A DNA stretch of 64,000 nt from Candidatus Latescibacterota bacterium (GTDB lineage: Bacteria; Latescibacterota; UBA2968; UBA8231). A model generated the notes under the pieces. The model had not been told where the DNA came from. It saw only the letters and a program-made list of their open reading frames with translations, and did no database searches. The position numbers and the translations under genes were made by a program. The stretch lies in NCBI GenBank assembly GCA_965203175.1, contig OZ241867.1, positions 864,001 to 928,000 on the forward strand, in the 5' to 3' direction. Below, one piece after another: positions 54,423 through 64,000 of this stretch; position 1 is the first letter of the stretch; each line of letters opens with the position of its first letter.

Positions 54423-55628
54423 ATGTATTTAGATCCTAAGTCAAGAACGAAAGTGCTTCGCAATTTGGCGTTTTTCGACCGGGCGGCAGCCCATCTTTTC
54501 GCACTCTGCTTTCTCTCTGTAGGCTGCGATCCTCCGCCCCCACAACCCCAAGCGGACGCCGCGTACCACGTCTATCCGGGCGACAGCATCCAAACAGCCC
54601 TCGAAGCGGCAGCCCGCGACTCAATCCACAAGACCGTCAAGGTCCACGCGGGAACCTACCGGCCGCAGCAAGCCGGCCAAGCGATGCTCTTTTTCGCAGC
54701 CCGCCACGACGGCATCACGCTCGAAGCAGTGGGACGCGTAGTGCTGACGGCCGCTCACCCCGAGCGAGCCGACCCCGACGCGGCGAGTTACCCAGCTATC
54801 GTCAACCACGTGGTCTTTTTCGGCGACGGCATCTCCCAGCGCACCGTCCTGCGCGGTTTCACCATCACCGGCGCCAACAACTTCGCCAGCCGCAGCGAAG
54901 GCCCCGAGCCAATCCAGCCGGACTCTTCCAACGGCGTACGCTGGGAAAAGGGACTGTTTTTCTACGCCGACGGCGGCGGCATCAAGGTATTTGGCCGTTC
55001 CTATCCAACCCTCGAAGGGTTAGAACTCCACGACAACTACGCCAGCCCCTGCGGCGGCGGCATCTCCATTGAGCATAGGGGGTTCGACAACGCGACCGTG
55101 CTGATCAAAGACTCCGTCTTCCGCAACAATAGCTGCCAAATCACCGGCGCGGCCGTCGATGTGCTGCCCGGCAGCGCGGCCGTACTCGACAACTGCCTCT
55201 TCGTCGGCAATGTCGCCAATCTCGGTCCCGACTACGTGGGCCGCCGTGGCGGCGTCGAATACAACAAGGCGCACGGCTCGGGTGCGTTGACAGTCTTTCC
55301 CGGCGCGCGCGTCGAAGTGCGCAACTGCACCTTCACGGACAACTGGAACGGCGTTGACGACAAAGGGCGCGGTAGTTCATACCGCAATACCATCTTCTGG
55401 ATGAACGTGCGCGGCGGCGGCATTGCCCCCGGCAGCCGCTACGAAGTCGATTTACTCGACAGTCGCCGTTTCAGCGGCTGCTTTATCCGCGGCCAAATCG
55501 ACGACCTACGCGGCACCTTGGACCCAGAGCGCAATGTGCTCCAAGCACCGGATCCGCAATTCGACGAGCACTACCGACCCCGAGCCTCTGCCTACTCCGG
55601 AGTGGGCTACCGACCGCCGGAGGAATAG
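54423..55628 (+). CDS. Right-handed beta-helix (pectin-lyase-like) lipoprotein
   Basis: PGDSIQTALEAA, VHAGTY, LRGFTITG, GGGI repeats, NCLFVGN, NCTFTDN; lipobox FLSVGC; start uncertain (GTG 54453 possible). Confidence 0.75.
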   Translation: MYLDPKSRTKVLRNLAFFDRAAAHLFALCFLSVGCDPPPPQPQADAAYHVYPGDSIQTALEAAARDSIHKTVKVHAGTYRPQQAGQAMLFFAARHDGITLEAVGRVVLTAAHPERADPDAASYPAIVNHVVFFGDGISQRTVLRGFTITGANNFASRSEGPEPIQPDSSNGVRWEKGLFFYADGGGIKVFGRSYPTLEGLELHDNYASPCGGGISIEHRGFDNATVLIKDSVFRNNSCQITGAAVDVLPGSAAVLDNCLFVGNVANLGPDYVGRRGGVEYNKAHGSGALTVFPGARVEVRNCTFTDNWNGVDDKGRGSSYRNTIFWMNVRGGGIAPGSRYEVDLLDSRRFSGCFIRGQIDDLRGTLDPERNVLQAPDPQFDEHYRPRASAYSGVGYRPPEE

Positions 55629-55643
55629 ATTATCATTCCACCT

Positions 55644-57851
55644 ATGCTGAAACTGCTCTCTACTCTCGCCGTCCTCTCGCTGGCGTCACCGCATCACACC
55701 GAGGCACAGGGTGCCGCTGCGATCCGCCAACAACGGCTCGAACTGGACCGCACGGTCTGGTCCGACGAGCGTCGCGCCCAGCAATACGAGGCCGTCTTTG
55801 TCGCCTTATGGGATCGACTGCGCGCCGCCCAAGAGGCGCGGCCGGTGCTGGCCGCCTTTCCCTTTGACCAACTGCTACTCGGCTCTCCGCAGGATAGCGT
55901 CAAGCACGACTGGGACATCGTCGAAACGCACTATGGCGACCCGCCGCGCACGCTTGACCAGGGGCAGTGGTCGGCCTTACTCAAACAATGGGAAGAAGAG
56001 GGCCTCGTTCTCGAACAATCCGAATGGCACCACAAGCAATTCATCCCTGCCAAGGACGGCCCCCCCCGCTCTTTAATAGACCTAAAACTACACGTTAAAA
56101 ACGACAATAAACGTCTAATCATCAGCGGCGACCTGTCCGTCACTTGGAGTGAGCAGCAAGACGAGGCCGGGCACTACATCCCCGCCACCATCGATGCCTC
56201 AAATCTGACGCTGACCGAACGGCACGGCACACCCGCTTTTACCTCTTCAGCCGTCTTGGCGGACGACACCGCGCTCTCGCCTCTCATCGCCGCCGACCTC
56301 GACGGCGACGGTCTCGACGACTTGCTCGCACTCGGTGCCAACTTGCTCTACCGCAACCAAGGTGGACGCTTTGCGCCTGAGCCGCTTTTGGCGTATCCAC
56401 CTCCGGTCGGTCGCATCGAAGTAGCACTCCTAGCCGACTTCACCGGCGATGGCGCACCCGACCTAATCGTCGGCGGCCCCGGGCAATTGCTGGGCCTCTA
56501 CGAGAGCGGCAAGAGCTTCGACCAACCCGGCTTGGCCATTGCGACTCGGCCCCTGCAATACCCCGAAGCCATGAGCGCGGGCGACATAGACGGCGACGGC
56601 GACCTCGACCTGTGGGTTGGCCAGTACCGGCTGCCCTACCGCGAGGGCCAGATGCCCACGCCGTACTACGACGCCAACGACGGCTATCCCGCGTACTTGC
56701 TGAGCAACGACGGACGTGGACGCTTCACCGACATCACAGCCCGCGCGGGCCTCGAAGCCAAGCGCAAGCGGCGCACCTACAGCGGCTCCTTGGCCGATCT
56801 CGACGGCGACGACGACCTCGACCTGCTGGTCGTCAGCGACTTCGCCGGCATCGACCTGTACTACAACGACGGCACCGGCACCTTTGCCGATGTCACCTCC
56901 CGCACCGTCAGCGAGGCATCGACCTTTGGCATGTCCCACGTCTTTGGCGACTACAACGCCGACGGCCGCCTCGACATGTACGTAGTGGGCATGAGTTCGA
57001 CCACGGCGCGCCGCCTCGACTACCTCAATCTCGGGCGCGAAGAGTACCCCGAGCACCACCAACAGCGCCGGGCCATGGGCTTTGGCAACCGGCTTTACCT
57101 CGGGCGCGAAGACGCCCAGTTCAGCATCGCCCCAAGCACGGAACATGTGGCGCGCACCGGGTGGTCTTGGGGCGTGGCCTCCGCGGACTTCGACAACGAC
57201 GGCGACGACGAAATCTACGTGGCCAACGGCCACCTCAGCGGCGAAACCGCCCAAGACTACTGCACCACCTTCTGGACGCACGACATCTACACCGGCGGCT
57301 CGGAACCCGACCCGCAAATAGCCGAATTTTTCGACGAGGCGATTGCGGAATGGCACAACGCGGGCATCTCGTGGAACGGCTTTGAGCACAACAAGCTCTA
57401 CCTAAGCGGAGAGGGCCGCTCCTTCGTCGAAATCGGCTATCTGATGGACGTGGCTTTTGAATTCGATGCACGCACCGTACTCGACATGGACATCGACGCC
57501 GACGGCCGCATGGACCTATTAGTCAGCGAGTGGTCCGGTACCCCGCGCCGCGAGCGAGTCCACGTCTTGCGCAATGTCTGGCCTGGCGACAACAACTGGC
57601 TCGGCGTGCGCCTCCAAGGCACCGCCGGCACCTCTCCCATCGGCGCACGCATCACCCTGCGCTCGTCCCAAGGCACCAAGACGCAGTGGGTCTATACCGG
57701 CGAATCCTTCGACGCCCAGCGCTCACCCACCCGCCTTTTCGGCTTGGGCCCAGTCGAACAAGTCGAAGCCGTCGAAGTACAGTGGCCCGATGGGAAGGTC
57801 ACCACTCTATCCGATCCACAGATAAACCGCTACCACGAACTGACGCCCTGA
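55644..57851 (+). CDS. CRTAC1-like FG-GAP repeat / ASPIC-UnbV protein with extra N-terminal domain
   Basis: Repeated DxDGDGxxDL motifs, GWSWG, C-terminal IGARITL...FGLG...VEVQWPDG. Confidence 0.88.
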   Translation: MLKLLSTLAVLSLASPHHTEAQGAAAIRQQRLELDRTVWSDERRAQQYEAVFVALWDRLRAAQEARPVLAAFPFDQLLLGSPQDSVKHDWDIVETHYGDPPRTLDQGQWSALLKQWEEEGLVLEQSEWHHKQFIPAKDGPPRSLIDLKLHVKNDNKRLIISGDLSVTWSEQQDEAGHYIPATIDASNLTLTERHGTPAFTSSAVLADDTALSPLIAADLDGDGLDDLLALGANLLYRNQGGRFAPEPLLAYPPPVGRIEVALLADFTGDGAPDLIVGGPGQLLGLYESGKSFDQPGLAIATRPLQYPEAMSAGDIDGDGDLDLWVGQYRLPYREGQMPTPYYDANDGYPAYLLSNDGRGRFTDITARAGLEAKRKRRTYSGSLADLDGDDDLDLLVVSDFAGIDLYYNDGTGTFADVTSRTVSEASTFGMSHVFGDYNADGRLDMYVVGMSSTTARRLDYLNLGREEYPEHHQQRRAMGFGNRLYLGREDAQFSIAPSTEHVARTGWSWGVASADFDNDGDDEIYVANGHLSGETAQDYCTTFWTHDIYTGGSEPDPQIAEFFDEAIAEWHNAGISWNGFEHNKLYLSGEGRSFVEIGYLMDVAFEFDARTVLDMDIDADGRMDLLVSEWSGTPRRERVHVLRNVWPGDNNWLGVRLQGTAGTSPIGARITLRSSQGTKTQWVYTGESFDAQRSPTRLFGLGPVEQVEAVEVQWPDGKVTTLSDPQINRYHELTP

Positions 57852-57855
57852 AAGC

Positions 57856-59751
57856 ATGCGCTACGCTACCCGCTTCAACGGCATCCCCCTGTCTGTCACC
57901 CTCGCAGCGGACCCAGCGTTGGACGACCAGCAAATCGACGCCCCCGGCACCTATGCGGATTACCACTACGAGTACTCCTGCACCGAAACGCCGCTCGGCC
58001 CCAAAAGTCTGCTGCTGAAATTGCAATTGCGCCGGGTGGATGGCAGCCCATTCAAAGTCTCCGCGTTCAAAGCAGAAACCGCAGTCCCCGGCTTGGACCT
58101 ACACCGCGTCTTCGTGCCCGTGCTACACGAGGCCATCGGCAAACGCGACCTAATCAGCCTGCCTTGGGGTGTCGAGGAGCGCACCTTCACCTCTTGGTCC
58201 TTTCCCTTCGTCGCCGCGTTAAACCGCTTTGACCAAAACCGCTTCTGCATGGGCTTTATGGACCACGTCCATGCGGCGGATACCCGTCATAGCTGCTACG
58301 ACGAAGACGCCAACATGTCCTTGCAGCGCCTCTTCGATCCCGCTCCCCGCGAGACGAACGTCTGGGAAGAGACGCTCTACGTGTCCTGTGAGGACCGCCC
58401 CATCTTCGACGAGGTGCGCGCCTTCTCGCGCGCCTACGACGAACTGCACAAAGTCGCCCTGCCGCCAGCGCCGCCCTCGGTGTGGGAGCCGGTCTGGTGC
58501 TCTTGGTACGGCATCAAAAACGATGTCGATGCCGACTATATCCGCTCTATGGTGCCCCTGCTCAAAGAATGGGGCATCGGCAATATCATCGTCGATGCAG
58601 GCTGGTTCAAAGGCGACGGCTTCGACCCCGACACCGGCCACTACGTTCCCGACGCAAGCAAATTCCCCGACCTCAAGGGCCTCGTCGCAGAGGTTCAATC
58701 CCAGGGCTTGACCATCCTGCTGTGGTGCGCGCCGCTGTTCAATATCAGCGATCTGGCCGACGTGCCCTTCATCCAAAAGCACCGTTTCCGGGCCAGAGAC
58801 TCTGACGACGCGAACAACTTCCTCTGTCCCCGCTGCCCTGCGGTGCGCCAATACGCCTATCGCACAGTCAAACACCTGATGCAGACCTACGGCTGCAACG
58901 GCCTCAAGATCGACTTCATCGACCCACTGCGAGACCGCGCCAGCCTGCCCTGCACCACCGACCACGAGCACGATATCGCCGACTACGGCGAGGCTGTCCA
59001 CGATCTGCTCCAAGGCATCTACCAAGCCGCCACGCAAGTGCGCGCCGACGCCCTGCTCGAATACCGCATGAACTACTCAACCCTCGTCACCCGGCCCTTT
59101 GCCACCAGCCACCGCGCCCAAGACGCGCCCTTCGACCCCGACCACATCCGCCGCATGTGTACTCGGCTCAAAAGCTATATCCTCAACCCAGAAGCTGGCC
59201 GCGAGGGCAACGTGGCCGTACACACGGACCCAGCCTATTGGCTACCCGAGGAAAGTCCTGAGAACGTCGCCCGCTTTATGGCCAGCCTCGTCACAAGTGC
59301 CGTGCCCATGCTGTCGATGGATTTGCGCGCTTTGCCCGCAGAGCACCAGCGCATCACCCGCGCTTGGCTCGCCTTTTATCGCCAGCACTGCGACTTGTTG
59401 CTCTTCGGCCACCAGCAACTCCTCAGCGCCGATTCGCACCACTCGCTCTTTTCCCTGCACCTCGGCGACGAAGCCCTCTGGGGCGCTTTTACCCCTACCT
59501 TCCCCGGCGTACTCACAGTACCATCGGAGAATATCCGCCGTATGTGGATCCTCAACGGCGGTGCCCAAAAACGCCTCTATACCCGTCTAGAAGGCGTCGA
59601 AGGCGAATGCCTCCAAGTCCAGGTTTACGACCGTGGGCTAGAAAAGTCCGCCATCCTCAAATTACCAATGGAAGACCGTACCGTTATCCTAGATCTTCCG
59701 GTGGAAATCGGTGGTGCCCTTGAACTACAGTCAGGTAGTGCATGTCTCTAA
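57856..59751 (+). CDS. Glycoside hydrolase family 36-like (alpha-galactosidase-type)
   Basis: PVWCSWY, IIVDAGWF, KFPDLKGL, LLWCAP, GLKIDF. Confidence 0.82.
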   Translation: MRYATRFNGIPLSVTLAADPALDDQQIDAPGTYADYHYEYSCTETPLGPKSLLLKLQLRRVDGSPFKVSAFKAETAVPGLDLHRVFVPVLHEAIGKRDLISLPWGVEERTFTSWSFPFVAALNRFDQNRFCMGFMDHVHAADTRHSCYDEDANMSLQRLFDPAPRETNVWEETLYVSCEDRPIFDEVRAFSRAYDELHKVALPPAPPSVWEPVWCSWYGIKNDVDADYIRSMVPLLKEWGIGNIIVDAGWFKGDGFDPDTGHYVPDASKFPDLKGLVAEVQSQGLTILLWCAPLFNISDLADVPFIQKHRFRARDSDDANNFLCPRCPAVRQYAYRTVKHLMQTYGCNGLKIDFIDPLRDRASLPCTTDHEHDIADYGEAVHDLLQGIYQAATQVRADALLEYRMNYSTLVTRPFATSHRAQDAPFDPDHIRRMCTRLKSYILNPEAGREGNVAVHTDPAYWLPEESPENVARFMASLVTSAVPMLSMDLRALPAEHQRITRAWLAFYRQHCDLLLFGHQQLLSADSHHSLFSLHLGDEALWGAFTPTFPGVLTVPSENIRRMWILNGGAQKRLYTRLEGVEGECLQVQVYDRGLEKSAILKLPMEDRTVILDLPVEIGGALELQSGSACL

Positions 59752-61661
59752 TTCTAATTCTCTTGTCTTTGTCGGCAGCGATCCAAATAAACGCAGCCAA
59801 TCCACCCACTGCTGTCGGCGTCCCCCCAGAAGTGCTGGATCCCCCTTGGCTGGAGACCCGTCGCCACGCCCAAGTAGCCGCAGCCGCAGACTATGCGGTC
59901 TTCTGCGATTTCAGCTTCACCGACCGCCAGCCCACAAGCGGCATTGCCTTCCACCACCGCATCGTCGATGACTCAGGGCGACACTACCGGCCCAATCATT
60001 ACGATCACGGCAATGGAATTGCCTTGGCGGATGTCGATGGCGACGGGCGCACAGACCTCTACTTCGTCAACCAAACCGGGCCGAACGGGCTGTGGCGCAA
60101 CGCGGGCGACGGCCAATTCACCGACATCACCGAGCAGGGCGGCGTGGCACTTGTAGACCGCATCGGCGTGACCGCTTCCTTCGCCGACCTAGACAACGAC
60201 GGAGCACCCGACCTATACGTCACCAACGTGCGCGTGGGCAATGTCCTCTTCCACAACCAAGGCGACGGGCGCTTTGCGGATATCTCGCAAGCGTCTGGCC
60301 TCGACCACCAAGGACATTCTTCGGCGGCCCTCTTCTTCGACTACGACCGCGACGGACAACTCGACCTCTTTTTGACCAATGTTGGGCAGTACACCGAGCG
60401 CGGCGATCCAATCGCGGTTGTCGGCTTTGCGCCCGAGGAGCAACCAGAGCAGCACCACTACTACGTCGGCTTCAAAGACGCCTTTGCCGGACACCTCAAG
60501 CCCGAGCGCACCGAGCAAAGTCTGCTCTTCCGCAATCTGGGCGACAATCGCTTTGTCGATGTGACCGAAGAGGTTGGAATCAAGGCCGATGGTTGGTCCG
60601 GCGACGCAATGCCGCTGGACGCCAACGAAGACGGCTGGCCAGACCTGTACGTGCTGAACATGCAGGGGCACGACCAATACTACGAAAACGACCAAGGCCA
60701 GCGCTTTATCGACAAGAGCCTAACGGTCTTCCCGCGCACGCCATGGGGGGCCATGTCGGCCCAAATTCTCGACTTTGACAACGACGGCCACCAAGACCTC
60801 TACATCACCGACATGCACTCGGACATGAGCGAAGACATCGAGCCAGAGCGCGAAAAACTCAAATCGCGCATGCAGTGGACCGAGAGCTTTCTTCGCTCGG
60901 GCGGGCGCAGCATCTACGGCAACGCCTTTTACCACCGCCAAGCCGACGGCACGTACGCCGAAATTTCCGACTCTATCGGCGCGGAAAATTACTGGCCTTG
61001 GGGACTGAGCGCGGGCGACCTCAACGCCGACGGGTACGAAGATGTCTTTATCACCGCCAGCATGAACTACGCCTTCCGCTACGCAGTCAACTCCCTGTTG
61101 CTCAACAGCCGCGGCAAGGGCTTCCTCGACGCTGAATTTGCCCTTGGCGTTGAGCCGCGACGCGAGGGACGCACGGCCATGCCGTGGTTTGCCTTAGATT
61201 GCGCTGGAGAGTACGCAACCCATCCCGACTGCGAGGGGCGCAGCGGCCCTCACGTCTTCTGGGGTGCGCTGGGATCGCGCGCGTCGGCACTGGCGGACTT
61301 GGACGACGACGGCGACCTAGACATCGTCACCAACGAGTTCAATGCGCCGCCACTGCTGTTAATCAGCGATCTGAGCGACCAAAAAGCGGATCTCAACTTT
61401 CTCAAGCTCCGCCTGATAGGCACCCGCTCTAACCGCGATGGCCTCGGCGCAGTAGTCAGCGTCCACACCCGTACCCGAACCTACACCCGAGTACACGACG
61501 GCAAGTCCGGTTATCTCTCGCAGAGCCTCTTACCGCTCTACTTCGGACTCGGGCCGGCCAACACCGTCGAGCGCATCGAGGTGCAGTGGCCCTCTGGCAC
61601 CGCGCAGACCGTCGCCGGTCCCATCGAGAGCAATCAGCTCGTCGAAATCAAGGAGCCGTAG
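59742..61661 (+). CDS. CRTAC1-like FG-GAP repeat / ASPIC-UnbV protein
   Basis: DVDGDGRTDLYF, DYDRDGQLDLF, SNRDGLGAVV, SGYLSQS...YFGLG...VQWPSG. Confidence 0.9.
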   Translation: MSLILILLSLSAAIQINAANPPTAVGVPPEVLDPPWLETRRHAQVAAAADYAVFCDFSFTDRQPTSGIAFHHRIVDDSGRHYRPNHYDHGNGIALADVDGDGRTDLYFVNQTGPNGLWRNAGDGQFTDITEQGGVALVDRIGVTASFADLDNDGAPDLYVTNVRVGNVLFHNQGDGRFADISQASGLDHQGHSSAALFFDYDRDGQLDLFLTNVGQYTERGDPIAVVGFAPEEQPEQHHYYVGFKDAFAGHLKPERTEQSLLFRNLGDNRFVDVTEEVGIKADGWSGDAMPLDANEDGWPDLYVLNMQGHDQYYENDQGQRFIDKSLTVFPRTPWGAMSAQILDFDNDGHQDLYITDMHSDMSEDIEPEREKLKSRMQWTESFLRSGGRSIYGNAFYHRQADGTYAEISDSIGAENYWPWGLSAGDLNADGYEDVFITASMNYAFRYAVNSLLLNSRGKGFLDAEFALGVEPRREGRTAMPWFALDCAGEYATHPDCEGRSGPHVFWGALGSRASALADLDDDGDLDIVTNEFNAPPLLLISDLSDQKADLNFLKLRLIGTRSNRDGLGAVVSVHTRTRTYTRVHDGKSGYLSQSLLPLYFGLGPANTVERIEVQWPSGTAQTVAGPIESNQLVEIKEP

Positions 61662-64000
61662 CGCGTCCGCGCAGTTGTTTGAGTCCGCGCAGTGCGCCGC
61701 GCTCTCCAGGGTCTATTTCCCGCGCCCGCGCAAAGTCCACTGCCGCTCGCTCCCCATCCTTTTCGAGCAGGGCAATCGTCCCGAGCACAGTATGCCGCCG
61801 GGCGGCCAAGCGCCGTTCGAGTGCTTCGACAAGCTCTGTGGGAATATCTGCCGAGAGGTACAGTCGCGGATTGACGACTAGGTGCTCAACCAAGCTCTTG
61901 AGCACGGGTAGGCCGCCGCTGGTGCCTCGGCGGCGGCGGTCGGTAAAGCTGATGTAGGGGCGGTCGTCCGTATTGATCGGCCCGCTGCCCGCGTAGGCGG
62001 CTAGCTCCTTTTCTCCCAAGACCAAGGCACTCAAAAAAGAGGGCGGATCGCCCAAATCCACCGAGCGCAAATTCGCCCGCACTGTCGGCTGCCCGAGCTT
62101 GTGCTCAAGTGCATCGTAGTCTATGTGCAGTGTGCCCGGCGTGCCCAGCAGGATCGAGTACTGGTGGGTCAACCACAGCGAAGCGTGCGGATACACGGCC
62201 CGGAAGGTCCGCAGAATCATCTTGTAGTCTTCCACCGACAGCCCGTGCAGCGGCAACCACTGCGCGACTAGCCCGTCCGGGCCGACGCGGCCGCGGCAGA
62301 GCCGGTAGAACTCCTCCGTATAGAGCACCCAACTATCGGCCGTGCCCGGATGCGTGGCGTCGCAGATGATGGCGTCGTATTGCCGCTGCGTGCGCAGCAC
62401 GTGGTTGCGACCGTCTTCGGCGACCAGTTCGATGGGCGCTTGGTCGAGGCGCGTGGCGATCTGGCGGTTGTAGCGGGCAAAATAGGGCGCGGCTCGCGGG
62501 ACGCCCGGCACCAACTCGGCACAATCGAGACGCTCCGGCTCGTGCAATTCGGCTGCGGACAGGGTGATGCCGCCGCCAAAAGCAATGACCAGCACTTCGG
62601 CTGGGTCGGGATGTAAAATCAGCGGCAAGTGCCCCAGCAAGCGGAAGGTCTGCAGCGAAGCATAGTCAGTGGGGACCTCGCCGCCGCCGTTGACCTTGAG
62701 AATCCGCACGCCGTCCTGTTTCTGGTGGACCGAGACCGTGGCACCAGCGCCCTCGTCCCAGTAGAGCAAGCGGCTTTTTGGCTCCGACCAGTGGAACAAC
62801 TCGACGAAGAGGCCGGCCGGCAAGAGCAGCATCAAGACCAGCCCCAGCGCCAAGCCACCGACCGTGCGCACGGCCTTTCTACGCAACTGCGCCGCCGGGT
62901 CCAGTGCCAAAATCACCGCGCCGACGGCGATATTAACCCACGCCAACACCTGGATGCTCCGATAGGTGCCCAGCATAGGCAGCAGCACAAACCCGGCGAC
63001 CAGTGCGCCGGCAATGGCTCCCAGCGTATTGGCGGCGTACACGGTGCCGACGCCGCGCCCTAGCTGCTCAATGCGCGGGATGCACGCCTTAGCCGCAATG
63101 GGAAAGAGCAACCCCATCAGCAGCGTCGCCGGGAGCATCACGACGAACGCAGCGACGAACAGCTTGGACAGATGGCCTTCCCACGAGAGCGCGCCGCCCC
63201 ACGCCTCGACGATATAGGGTATGCTGCCAAAAGCGGCAATCGAGCTTAGGCCGCACAATCCGATGAGCAGTTCCACCGCGCCAAAGGCAGCCAGCGGCGT
63301 GCGCCAGCGATCGATCAAGCGCGCCCCGAGCGCGGCCCCACCAGCCAACCCCAACAGGAAGGCGACGAGGATCGTGCTCAGGGTTTGGGCGGTGGCACTT
63401 TGCAGGAGCATCGCCAAAAGCCGCGTCCACAGCACCTCGTAGCCGAGGGCCACAAACCCCGAGAGCGCAAATCCCCCCAGGACCAACCGGCCCTCTAACG
63501 TGGTGGGCACCGCATCTCGTCCTACGCCCGGCTGCTCCTGCTGGCCATCGCGGCTCCAGCGATAGGCGACCAAGGCGATGAGCAGATTGCCCGCCGCCGC
63601 CGCGTACGTGGTGCCGCTGACGCCCAGATATTCAAGCGCGAAAAAGGCCGCCACCGCGCATCCTGCGGCCGCGCCTAGCGTATTGGCCGCATACAGGCGT
63701 CCCATATCCCCGCCGACTCGCTCCAAGCGATGCGCCACGGCCTTGCTCAGCGTCGGCAGGGTGGCGCCCATGAGGGTAGTCGGCACCAGCAGCAGCGCGA
63801 ACGCGAGCACCAAGCGGACGAGCACAAAGGCTCCGTCTATTCCCTGCAAAGAGCCGTATAGCGCCGTGTACACCTCGTCTAAGCCCGTGAGCAAAAGCGG
63901 GAATACCAGAGCGAAGACGCCTATCCCCAATTCCAACAGCGCGTAGAGCCGCAGGCCGTTGCCCCGGCGATCGGCCACCCGCCCGCACCAATAACTGCCC
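61648..64000 (-). CDS. Fused MFS-like membrane domain / spermidine-synthase-like methyltransferase domain, 5'-truncated by window edge
   Basis: LMGATLP, YAANTLGA (twice), VLVIAFGGGIT, EDGRNHV, YDAIICD, LYTEEFY, QWLPLH; frame open to window end. Confidence 0.88.
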   Translation of the reverse strand, partial: GSYWCGRVADRRGNGLRLYALLELGIGVFALVFPLLLTGLDEVYTALYGSLQGIDGAFVLVRLVLAFALLLVPTTLMGATLPTLSKAVAHRLERVGGDMGRLYAANTLGAAAGCAVAAFFALEYLGVSGTTYAAAAGNLLIALVAYRWSRDGQQEQPGVGRDAVPTTLEGRLVLGGFALSGFVALGYEVLWTRLLAMLLQSATAQTLSTILVAFLLGLAGGAALGARLIDRWRTPLAAFGAVELLIGLCGLSSIAAFGSIPYIVEAWGGALSWEGHLSKLFVAAFVVMLPATLLMGLLFPIAAKACIPRIEQLGRGVGTVYAANTLGAIAGALVAGFVLLPMLGTYRSIQVLAWVNIAVGAVILALDPAAQLRRKAVRTVGGLALGLVLMLLLPAGLFVELFHWSEPKSRLLYWDEGAGATVSVHQKQDGVRILKVNGGGEVPTDYASLQTFRLLGHLPLILHPDPAEVLVIAFGGGITLSAAELHEPERLDCAELVPGVPRAAPYFARYNRQIATRLDQAPIELVAEDGRNHVLRTQRQYDAIICDATHPGTADSWVLYTEEFYRLCRGRVGPDGLVAQWLPLHGLSVEDYKMILRTFRAVYPHASLWLTHQYSILLGTPGTLHIDYDALEHKLGQPTVRANLRSVDLGDPPSFLSALVLGEKELAAYAGSGPINTDDRPYISFTDRRRRGTSGGLPVLKSLVEHLVVNPRLYLSADIPTELVEALERRLAARRHTVLGTIALLEKDGERAAVDFARAREIDPGERGALRGLKQLRGRATAP

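Noticed and set aside
55644-61661. Recurring GACGGCGAC-type DNA repeats as a CRISPR or tandem array
   Set aside because: They encode FG-GAP DxDGDG motifs inside CDS; no constant repeat-spacer periodicity
1-64000. tRNA, rRNA, integrase, transposase or prophage genes
   Set aside because: None recognisable by eye; tRNAscan-SE and Infernal runs would be needed to exclude small RNAs

Overview
GC-rich bacterial genomic window. Gene content (three PhyH-family dioxygenases, a DUF6785-like membrane protein, FlgD-Ig/PNGDGIND proteins, ASPIC/UnbV proteins, a C-terminal SWGxIK motif) suggests an FCB-superphylum candidate lineage such as Latescibacterota or a Poribacteria-like organism; this is inference, not a database result. 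About 50 CDS. The first 35 kb are mostly small-molecule catabolic enzymes with two accessory hot spots. One is mazEF-like TA plus an ATPase-nuclease (3.4-5.5 kb). The other is a partly AT-rich island (27.8-31.6 kb) with higBA, a cytoplasmic papain-family protease, a chagasin-type inhibitor behind its own sigma54-like promoter, TA remnants, a 144-bp MITE and a PD-(D/E)xK-like nuclease. The best candidate for an undescribed system is the minus-strand operon at 35.8-52.7 kb: a CBM9/DOMON-like protein with a SWGRIK tail, three paralogous secreted proteins with T9SS-type-B-like C-terminal domains, two paralogous ~930-aa putative outer-membrane proteins with a highly conserved Asp-rich block, a PPIase-like lipoprotein and an unknown enzyme. 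It resembles a cell-surface glycan capture/uptake locus without SusC/SusD. The window ends with a TPR, beta-helix, two ASPIC-UnbV, GH36 and fused MFS-spermidine-synthase cluster. I saw no rRNA, tRNA or CRISPR array. All family calls come from motif recognition by eye.
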